From assembly GCA_009726075.1 (NCBI GenBank), contig WLND01000001.1, positions 1 to 24,392 of the forward strand: a DNA stretch of 24,392 nt, given 5' to 3'. This stretch comes from Actinomycetota bacterium (lineage in GTDB: Bacteria > Actinomycetota > Actinomycetes > S36-B12). Within the stretch, counting starts at the first letter, position 1, and every line of letters begins with the position of its first letter. Of this stretch, positions 1 to 7,093 are shown piece after piece. The translations under genes and the position numbers were made by a program. The notes beneath the pieces are model-generated. The model was not told where the DNA came from. It did not search any database and was given only the letters and a program-made list of their open reading frames with translations.

Positions 1-724
1 GCAGTACGGTGTTGAGAGTGTCGAAGGCCCCGCCGGGAACGGCGACGGACGGGACCGGGTTGAGCAGGGAGACCGGGTTCGCGGAGGTGCCGATCTGCGG
101 CAGGACGAACGCGACGATGCTCCAGATGCTGATCGGGACCAGCAGGGCCGTTGTCTCCCGGGAGCTGTAGATCCCGCTGGCCATGCCCAGGGTCACGAAC
201 GCGAGCAGCAGGACCCAGGCGACGACGTAGAAGCCGAGGAGTCGAGCCGTGTCGCCCAGGGGCAGCGGCCCGTTGGTGATGAGCGAGATACTCGTCCAGC
301 TGATGATGGCCACGGCGGCCAGGATCATCGCCAGCCACGCCCCGATACCGGCGAGCTTGCCCAGCAGGTACGCGGGGATGCCGATCGGCCGGCTCAGCAC
401 GAGATCGATGGTGCGGGCCTTACGGTCGCGCATCGTCGACGTGACACCGACGACGATCGCCATCAGCGCGCCGATGAGCACGAGGTAGATGACCGTGTTG
501 CGGGCGTAGTAGAGCGCGGACACGTCCGTGAACGGATTCGGCGCAGTCGTCAGCCCGGCTTGAGTGGTCTTCTCCCACACGCTGCTGACGGTGCTGTTCG
601 TCAGCCAGCCGATGAGGCTGGAGACCGACACCATCACAATGAAGACGATCAGCAGCACCAGGGGAAGCCTCTCGCGGCGCAGGGCCACGAGTTCCTGTCG
701 CGCCATCGTGAGGACCGCGGTCAT
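1..724 (-). CDS. ABC transporter permease (ABC-2/NosY-like); 3' end runs off the window
   Basis: ATG at 724 overlaps the ATPase stop (ATGA). Manual translation MTAVLTMARQELVALRRERLPLVLLIVFIVMV...RDRKARTIDLVLSRPI...YLLGKLAG is hydrophobic, has the ABC-2 permease 'L.RP...YLLGK' motif, and showed no stop before base 1. Not in the ORF track. Confidence 0.85.
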   Translation of the reverse strand, partial: MTAVLTMARQELVALRRERLPLVLLIVFIVMVSVSSLIGWLTNSTVSSVWEKTTQAGLTTAPNPFTDVSALYYARNTVIYLVLIGALMAIVVGVTSTMRDRKARTIDLVLSRPIGIPAYLLGKLAGIGAWLAMILAAVAIISWTSISLITNGPLPLGDTARLLGFYVVAWVLLLAFVTLGMASGIYSSRETTALLVPISIWSIVAFVLPQIGTSANPVSLLNPVPSVAVPGGAFDTLNTVL

Positions 725-1458
725 GACGCGGACGCCGAGCGGATGTTGAGGTAGATCTCCTCCAGGGAGTCCTCGCCGGGGAACGCCTCGAGGGTGGCCT
801 CCAGTGACGCCTGGTAGGCCAGTTCCCCCTGACGCAGAATGCCGATGCTGGTGCAGGTCTTCGTCACCTCGGACAGCAGGTGCGTGTTCATGAAGATCGT
901 CATGCCCAGGTCGCGATTCAGCGCGACGATGACGTCCCGCAGCTGGCGCACGCCCTCCGGGTCCAGCCCTGACGTGGGCTCGTCGAGGAACAGCACCGAC
1001 GGCTCGTGCAGGATGGCCTGTGCGATGCCCACCCGTTGGCGCATCCCCTTGCTGAACGATCCGACCCGCTCGTGGTCATGGCCGGTGAAGTCCAAGTACT
1101 CCAGCACGTCCTGGATGCGGGCGTCGGGCCTAGACAAGCCCGACAGCCGCCCGAAGAACCGCAGGTTCTCCAACGTCGAGAGGTTGTCGTAGAACTGGAC
1201 GTTCTCGGGAAGGTAACCGATCATTCGCCGGACCCGGTTCGGGTCGACGGCGACATTGACGCCCGCCACATGGATCTCGCCCGTCGTCGGGGCGAGCAGC
1301 GTGGTCAGGATGTTCACTGTCGTCGTCTTGCCGGCGCCGTTGTGACCCAGCAGACCGAAGATCTCCCCCGTCCCGATCGTCAGGTCGAGGTTCCGCAGCG
1401 CGACATGGTCGCCGTACGACTTCGACAGTGCAGAGGTGTGAATCGCGATGTCAGCCAT
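721..1458 (-). CDS. ABC transporter ATP-binding protein (exporter type)
   Basis: Walker A GHNGAGKT, signature FSKGMRQR, Walker B VLFLDEP, H-loop MNTH. Start moved to ATG 1458 (MADIAI) because the 43-aa upstream extension in the ORF track looks non-coding. Confidence 0.93.
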   Translation of the reverse strand: MADIAIHTSALSKSYGDHVALRNLDLTIGTGEIFGLLGHNGAGKTTTVNILTTLLAPTTGEIHVAGVNVAVDPNRVRRMIGYLPENVQFYDNLSTLENLRFFGRLSGLSRPDARIQDVLEYLDFTGHDHERVGSFSKGMRQRVGIAQAILHEPSVLFLDEPTSGLDPEGVRQLRDVIVALNRDLGMTIFMNTHLLSEVTKTCTSIGILRQGELAYQASLEATLEAFPGEDSLEEIYLNIRSASAS

Positions 1459-1478
1459 GTCCGGAACGGTAGGGACCG

Positions 1479-1570
1479 GATCCTGAGAGTTCCTTGAGAG
1501 CAGATGGGGGCTCTCAGGCTTGCTCCTGCCTGGCCACCGCGGATCGGCTCGTCGGCCCATCCTCAGGATC
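1479..1570 (-). ncRNA. Candidate structured 5' leader RNA (riboswitch-like three-way junction)
   Basis: Minus strand has a 9-bp closing stem GATCCTGAG/CTCAGGATC, two internal hairpins and a purine-rich junction AGGCAGGAGCAAG, ending about 20 nt upstream of the ATPase ATG. Confidence 0.3.
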
Positions 1571-1577
1571 GCCGTCC

Positions 1578-1592
1578 TACCCTTCAAGGGTG
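1578..1592. promoter_or_regulatory. Palindromic operator candidate TACCCTTCAAGGGTG
   Basis: Perfect ACCCTT-C-AAGGGT (1579-1591) between divergent genes; resembles TACCC-Nn-GGGTA CsoR-type sites. Confidence 0.3.
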
Positions 1593-2705
1593 ACGTCCAC
1601 GTCTAGCCGCAACCCTGCGGGAGAAGCATCAGAGCGATCGATCCGGTCCGTGCAACGACTCGTGCACGCGGACACCCGCTCCTCGATGGCAGTGTTCCTG
1701 CGCCGCGAAATGGTGCAGGCGGAGGTTCCCACGGCCCTGTTCATCGTGGCCGGGCTGCTGCTGGTCGTCAGCGTCGTCGAGCTCGTCGACGCAGGCGCTG
1801 TAGAGATCGAGGCGTATGCAGGGGCGGTGATCGCCTCCGTTCTGCTGTTCCTACTAGGACTGGTCACCCGGCGGTCGCGACTCCTGCGCCAGGCCGCCTC
1901 CTGGCTGTTCGCCGCCGCAATGGTCTTGGTCATGGCATGGATGCTGACCGCGTTCTGGCAGTCCCCCGACCTCGCTCACCCCGGGTACATCGCGGTGATT
2001 CTCGTGGCGCTGGGCCCGATCGTCCTGGAGTGGGGACCGTTCCTGGTCGGCGGCGCAGCCATGACAGCGGCCACCATCGGGACCACTTGGGCCAACTCGT
2101 GGGGCCAACCGATCGCGTGGACGAGCACCTGCCTGCTGGCCATGTTCGTCAGCGCCGTCCTGCTCTACCTTCGCCGGCGCTCCCTGGCCGCAGTCGCCGC
2201 AGCGCAAGACTTGGCCGAGCAGCGAGCCATCACCGATTCCCTTACGGGAGTGCTGAACCGAACGGGGCTGGATGCCATGCTCCCGGGGCTGACGGCGACG
2301 GCCCTGCGGTTGGGACAGCCCATCGTCGTTACCTTCATCGACATCGATGGTCTGAAGGCCGCCAACGACACCTATGGCCACGAGTTTGGTGATGAGGTGA
2401 TCGCGTGCGTCGCCCATGCCATCCGGGGCGCTGGACGCCAGGGAGACCTAATCGCTCGATGGGGAGGTGACGAGTTCCTTGTGGTCGGCATGGGGATCGA
2501 GTCCGACCCGGATGCGATCACGGCGAGGATCGAACTTCACATCCGAGCGAGTGACATCGACATGAACCGCTGGCCAGGTGAAATCAGCGTTGGCTCCGCG
2601 CACGGCATGCCGTCGGCAGTCACCGTCGACGAGCTCATCGCGCGAGCGGACGAGCGCATGTACTCCGCCCGGCGTGTGCGGCGGGAGGGAGTGGACCAGG
2701 CTTAG
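1590..2705 (+). CDS. Membrane-anchored diguanylate cyclase (GGDEF)
   Basis: About 6 hydrophobic segments, then DIDGLKAANDTYGHEFGD and RWGGDEF; RxxD I-site (RQGD) lies 5 residues before GGDEF. Start uncertain (GTG 1590 or ATG 1686). Confidence 0.9.
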   Translation: MTSTSSRNPAGEASERSIRSVQRLVHADTRSSMAVFLRREMVQAEVPTALFIVAGLLLVVSVVELVDAGAVEIEAYAGAVIASVLLFLLGLVTRRSRLLRQAASWLFAAAMVLVMAWMLTAFWQSPDLAHPGYIAVILVALGPIVLEWGPFLVGGAAMTAATIGTTWANSWGQPIAWTSTCLLAMFVSAVLLYLRRRSLAAVAAAQDLAEQRAITDSLTGVLNRTGLDAMLPGLTATALRLGQPIVVTFIDIDGLKAANDTYGHEFGDEVIACVAHAIRGAGRQGDLIARWGGDEFLVVGMGIESDPDAITARIELHIRASDIDMNRWPGEISVGSAHGMPSAVTVDELIARADERMYSARRVRREGVDQA

Positions 2706-2760
2706 GTGTGGTGACACGTCGCACGCTGCCTCAGCGTGGACAGGCCGGGAGAACCGGGCA

Positions 2761-2787
2761 AGGCGGAAGCTCCCTGATGTTCCGCCT
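2761..2787. terminator. Hairpin between convergent genes, possible terminator
   Basis: AGGCGGAA-N11-TTCCGCCT, 8-bp stem, immediately past the tandem TAG TAG stops of the XRE gene. Confidence 0.45.
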
Positions 2788-2788
2788 A

Positions 2789-3139
2789 CTACGCGTCGAG
2801 CGCTCGCACGATTTCCTCGACGGCTCCACGCACGTGACGTAGCTGTCCTTCGGTGAGCCGCTTCTTGGGAAGGCTCTTGATCTCAATAACTTGACCGCTT
2901 CCCAGGTAGACATCCATGGTTCCGCGAGACCTACGGATGAACCGGTCTGACGGCACCGAGAGCCAGTCGATCAGTGCTGCGTATCGCGGCAGGTCGGGCA
3001 TCGATCCCGCCACGATCCGCTGAAGTGTCGACGGCTCCAGTTCGGCCTCAGCCGCCACCTGACGCCACGACATGGCGCGCTCCTGGCGGGCTTCATCGAG
3101 GGCCTCGACGAAGCCCGTGTGGTCGAACGTCGCTGACAT
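2789..3139 (-). CDS. XRE/Cro-C1 family HTH regulator divergent from tnsA
   Basis: LDEARQERAMSWRQVAAEAELEPSTLQRIVAGSMPDLPRYAALIDWL is a typical HTH_XRE; about 65 bp from the tnsA start. Confidence 0.8.
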   Translation of the reverse strand: MSATFDHTGFVEALDEARQERAMSWRQVAAEAELEPSTLQRIVAGSMPDLPRYAALIDWLSVPSDRFIRRSRGTMDVYLGSGQVIEIKSLPKKRLTEGQLRHVRGAVEEIVRALDA

Positions 3140-3191
3140 AGCCCCACTATCCCGTGGTCGACCGCCTCTTCCCTTGAGCGCTTGCCGTGTG

Positions 3192-3205
3192 TAGCGTAGA
3201 CGCTA
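3192..3205 (+). promoter_or_regulatory. Putative leaderless tnsA promoter -10 (TAGCGT) inside a perfect palindrome
   Basis: TAGCGT-AG-ACGCTA; the TAnnnT box lies 7 nt before ATG 3205. Confidence 0.45.
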
Positions 3206-3936
3206 TGACAATGACGCGTCCACGCAACATTCAGCCTGAAGTCGAACTCGTCATCGATGGGGACAGAAGCAGTCTGCCGCTCTCCTCAATGGCGGCGAGT
3301 CAGCTGCGTGCATGCACTCCCGTTCGCACCTTTCGCTGGCACCGAGGACAACGGCATTTCCCTGGCTGGTACTGGTCCGCGACCGACCGTCGGCACGTCA
3401 TGTACGAAAGTCGTCTTGAACTTGGACGCCTCGTCCTGGCTGACTTCGATCCCACGGTGTGCAGCATCCGCTCGCAGCCGTTCCGCCTGACCTTCACGGA
3501 TCGCGAAGGTCGCCTCAGGCGTCATGTCCCGGACTTCGCCCTGCTCACCGACCGGGGTGGTATTCGCATCGTCAACGTGAAGCCTCGGGCGCGGCTCCTT
3601 GATGACAAAGTGCGGACCGCACTTGAGGACGCGCACGCTGCGCTGGGCACTGCAGGCCTCGCGACGGAGATGTGGTCGGGGGAGGATCCAGTAGCCCACT
3701 CGACCATCGCCTTCCTGTCCGCCTATCGCAACTCTTCCCTCTTCGACGAGGCCGAACTGGGTCGTGCACGAAAGGTGCTCCGTGGCCGCATGTGCGTCGT
3801 CGAGGCGGAGCGACTACTGCTTGATGCCGGAATCACCCAACCACGTCCGATCGTGCTGCACCTGCTCTGGACGCACATGCTCCGCATGGACCTGACGAGA
3901 CCACTCGAACCCGACACCGTTCTGGAGGCAGCATGA
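3205..3936 (+). CDS. tnsA: TnsA-like heteromeric transposase endonuclease subunit (actinobacterial type)
   Basis: GQRHFPGWYWSAT..HVMYESRLE...DFDP.V..I.SQPF...RRHVPDF...VNVKP, a PD-(D/E)xK fold; stop overlaps the tnsB start (ATGA). Start at 3205 or 3211. Confidence 0.9.
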   Translation: MTMTRPRNIQPEVELVIDGDRSSLPLSSMAASQLRACTPVRTFRWHRGQRHFPGWYWSATDRRHVMYESRLELGRLVLADFDPTVCSIRSQPFRLTFTDREGRLRRHVPDFALLTDRGGIRIVNVKPRARLLDDKVRTALEDAHAALGTAGLATEMWSGEDPVAHSTIAFLSAYRNSSLFDEAELGRARKVLRGRMCVVEAERLLLDAGITQPRPIVLHLLWTHMLRMDLTRPLEPDTVLEAA

Positions 3937-5996
3937 CCCCGCACTCGTTCCGGTTGTCTCTCGGGCAGCGCGTCATCTTCGACGGCGACACATGGTCCGT
4001 TGCCTCGCTTGCGGGGAATACGGCTCACCTCACTCGCACGTCAGGCGGCCCACTCGTGATCCGGGTGACCGACCTCCTTGCATCGCCGGGATTCCGCGTC
4101 GCCGATCGTGACGATGCCCCTATCGAGGCTCTAGGTCCGGCGTTCGGCGCTCTCAATCCCGACAGCTACCGGGACATTGTGGAGAGGGAAGGGCACGTCC
4201 TCGAGGTCATCACGGGCTACCGAAAGGGCCAGCCCGAACTTGCCCTGCCCGGTGAGCCCCGACCGGCGTACGCCCCCGGGACCCACGTGTTGGCTCGATA
4301 CGAAGCGAAGGCGGCCGAACTGCAGTTATCCCCTCGAACCGTCCGGCGCATGGTCGAGGGCTACAACGCGAAGGGAGTCTCGTCACTCATAAGCGGTCAT
4401 GCCAACCGGCGGACGTCGCCGACCGGCCGCGTAGATGAGCGATGGATCGAGACCGCGCGCATCGTCCTCTCCGAGCATCACGATGCCTCGCAGCCCACCA
4501 TGCAGCTGATCATCGACAGAACCACCGCCCGTGTGCGGGCTGACCACGGATCCGATGTGAAGATCCCGAGCGTGCCCACGGCGCTTCGCGTCCTGCACGA
4601 GATCACAAAGGGCCAGCAGGCATTCTCCGGCACGAGTGCCAAGCAGAAGCGCAGCATCGCGGGCCGCCCCCAGGCCCCTTACGGTCGGCTTCGCGCGCAA
4701 CGGGTCGGGCAGTACGTCCTGCTCGACACGAGCCCCCTGGACGTGTTCGCTATGGATCCGATCACCCTCCGCTGGGTGGGCCTGCAGCTGACGGTCACAC
4801 TCGACCTCGGCAGTCGATGCATCACCGGGCTGCGTCTGTCCCATGTGTCGGCGAACGCGATTGATGCCGCCCTGGTGCTGTACGAAACGCTCAGCCCAGG
4901 CTCCCGCTCACACACGTCGATGGGGCTGCTTCCATACGGTGGCCTCCCCGATGCAGTCCTTCTTCCCGACGGCGATGAGGCTTCCGACACCGGCCTCCCC
5001 GGGACACAGGTCGACTCCCTCGTCATCGACCACGGGAAGATGTACATGTCCGAGCACCTGCGCGGAGTGTGTGACCGCCTGGGCATCAGCATCCAGCCCG
5101 CCCGCGTGCTCACCTCGACCGACAAGGCGCCCGTCGAACGCCTGTTCCGGACCATTCGTGAGGATCTCCTCGCCGCCCTACCCGGGTACAAGGGACCGGA
5201 CGTGTACAGCCGAGGCAAGAACATCGAAGACACAGCGTTCTACTTCTCCCACGAGCTCGAAGGCCTCATCCGGGACTGGGTCGCCAACCGGTATCACAGG
5301 CGGCCCCATGACGGACTCGCCACACCGGCCGTTCCCGGCCTGACGCTTTCTCCCGCAGAGATGTGGGATGTCCTGGTCGCATCAGGTGGGAGCCTCGTCG
5401 GGCCGCGGAGGCCTGAACTCGTCTACGACTTCCTGCCCGTGGCCTGGCGAACCGTCCAGCACTACGGCGTCGAAGTGAACCGACTGCGCTACGACGGTGA
5501 AGGACTTGAAGGGATTCGGGGAACTAGCAGCCCGTACAGCCACGCCAACGGCAAGTGGCCGCTTCGCTTCGACCCCGACGATGCCAGTCGCGTCTACTTC
5601 CAGCGCCCTGACGACCTCACGTGGCACATACTCCGCTGGGAGCATGCCGTCGACATACCTGCGCCGTTCAGCGTCGAGACGCTTCGCTATGCCCGCGGCT
5701 TGGCAGCCACCGAGAATCGTCACCCCGACGATCGACAGGCGTTGATCGAACTGCTCGAACGGTGGGACGCCGGGCTACTGAGCAACCCCACCGAACGCCG
5801 CGTCGCCCTGCGCATCTCCGAACAGCGTCGCGCCCGCACCGCCGCACTGAAGCTGCAGGATTCCGACGTTGCATCTGAGGACGGAGAAGCGGTCGAGACG
5901 TCCCCCCTGACCCTCGTACGGGACGCCGCAGGCGATGACGACGACGTATCGGAACTGGACGGCGACTACTACTCCGACGCTCTCGAGGTCGGCTGA
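3933..5996 (+). CDS. tnsB: TnsB/TniA-like DDE transposase with Mu-transposase C-terminal domain
   Basis: Catalytic triad LLDTSPLD / VIDHGKMY / KAPVERLF; C-terminal WRTVQHYGVEVNRLRY; acidic tail; 687 aa. Confidence 0.93.
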   Translation: MTPHSFRLSLGQRVIFDGDTWSVASLAGNTAHLTRTSGGPLVIRVTDLLASPGFRVADRDDAPIEALGPAFGALNPDSYRDIVEREGHVLEVITGYRKGQPELALPGEPRPAYAPGTHVLARYEAKAAELQLSPRTVRRMVEGYNAKGVSSLISGHANRRTSPTGRVDERWIETARIVLSEHHDASQPTMQLIIDRTTARVRADHGSDVKIPSVPTALRVLHEITKGQQAFSGTSAKQKRSIAGRPQAPYGRLRAQRVGQYVLLDTSPLDVFAMDPITLRWVGLQLTVTLDLGSRCITGLRLSHVSANAIDAALVLYETLSPGSRSHTSMGLLPYGGLPDAVLLPDGDEASDTGLPGTQVDSLVIDHGKMYMSEHLRGVCDRLGISIQPARVLTSTDKAPVERLFRTIREDLLAALPGYKGPDVYSRGKNIEDTAFYFSHELEGLIRDWVANRYHRRPHDGLATPAVPGLTLSPAEMWDVLVASGGSLVGPRRPELVYDFLPVAWRTVQHYGVEVNRLRYDGEGLEGIRGTSSPYSHANGKWPLRFDPDDASRVYFQRPDDLTWHILRWEHAVDIPAPFSVETLRYARGLAATENRHPDDRQALIELLERWDAGLLSNPTERRVALRISEQRRARTAALKLQDSDVASEDGEAVETSPLTLVRDAAGDDDDVSELDGDYYSDALEVG

Positions 5997-7093
5997 TGAC
6001 CATCCCCACAGCCGAACACACCTACAACCTGTCCCAGTACGAAGGGTGGAAGGCACGGTTCGAGTCCCCGCGTCGATCCCGACCCAGAGACCTGTCATCG
6101 ACCGACCTGGGGGCCCTCAACCGTCGAGACCGGCTTCTGTACGACGACGCCCGAAGCGTGTGGCACGCCAACCTCGGCCCGTACCTGACGCCGGACATCA
6201 AGTACGTGATCGACCAGTTGGACCTGATCGTCCAATCCAACCGCCAAGACGGCGATCGCGTCCGCAGTGCCGCCGTGCTGGACGCGTATCCGGGGCTGGG
6301 CAAGACGACCCTGGTCTGCCACTACGGAGGTCAGTTCCACCGGGATCAACTCGACATGTACGGCACGGCCACGGAGGCCGGTGATGATCGTGTGCCGGTC
6401 GCCTACGTGCGGCTCACGAGCAACACCACCATGCGCAGTCTGAACTCGATGCTCTGCCACTTCTATGCCCATCCCGCAGCGGATCGTGGCAACGCCACCG
6501 TGCTCGGTGCACGAGCGTCGCAGCGAGCGCTGGACTGCGCGACACGGCTCATCATCGTCGATGACGTGCACTTCCTGGACATGAACCGGCGTGACGGCCG
6601 GGAGGTCGCCAATCACTTCAAGTGGCTAGCCAACGAGTTCGCAGCCACTTTCCTGTTCGTAGGTGTTGGAATCACGGAGCGCGGCCTTCTCAGCGAGGGA
6701 CTCTCACCGACGAAAGTCCAGTACGCGCAGACCGCCCGCAGATGGACGAGAACCTCACTCGCGCCCTTCAGCATCGACGATGGGCCTGGGCGCAAGACTT
6801 GGCGAAGCCTCCTGCTTGCCATCGAACGGGACCTCGTTCTAGCCAACAAGTCGCCCGGCATGGTTGCGGATGTCCTCGCCGACTACCTCTACGCCCGCTC
6901 GACTGGCCATTTCGCTTCCTTGATGACCCTCATTGCGCGCGGCTGCCAGCGTGCCGTGAAGACGGGCGCCGAAGCGCTCACCATCAAGCTCCTCGACACC
7001 GTTCCCAACGATCAGGCCTCCGAGAACGCTCGCCGGCAACTCGAGGCGGGAATCCGGGATGGCCGATTGAGCTCGCGCCGCGAGGCCGTGTGA
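5996..7093 (+). CDS. tnsC: TnsC/TniB-like AAA+ ATPase
   Basis: Walker A DAYPGLGKT, Walker B LIIVDDVH; TGATG overlap with tnsB. Confidence 0.92.
   Translation: MTIPTAEHTYNLSQYEGWKARFESPRRSRPRDLSSTDLGALNRRDRLLYDDARSVWHANLGPYLTPDIKYVIDQLDLIVQSNRQDGDRVRSAAVLDAYPGLGKTTLVCHYGGQFHRDQLDMYGTATEAGDDRVPVAYVRLTSNTTMRSLNSMLCHFYAHPAADRGNATVLGARASQRALDCATRLIIVDDVHFLDMNRRDGREVANHFKWLANEFAATFLFVGVGITERGLLSEGLSPTKVQYAQTARRWTRTSLAPFSIDDGPGRKTWRSLLLAIERDLVLANKSPGMVADVLADYLYARSTGHFASLMTLIARGCQRAVKTGAEALTIKLLDTVPNDQASENARRQLEAGIRDGRLSSRREAV

Noticed and set aside
2707-2745. TGTGGTGACACGTC as a possible upstream transposon end
   Set aside because: Only TGT and ACGTC are shared; TCAG-to-GGCC spacing is wrong and there are no repeated sites.
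3185-3200. CCGTGTGTAG resembling the junction sequence
   Set aside because: No TnsB site follows; better explained as promoter sequence.
6622-7089. 156-aa N-terminal extension of TniQ in the ORF track (1057 aa)
   Set aside because: It overlaps tnsC in another frame, and TniQ homology begins at the GTGA overlap at 7090.
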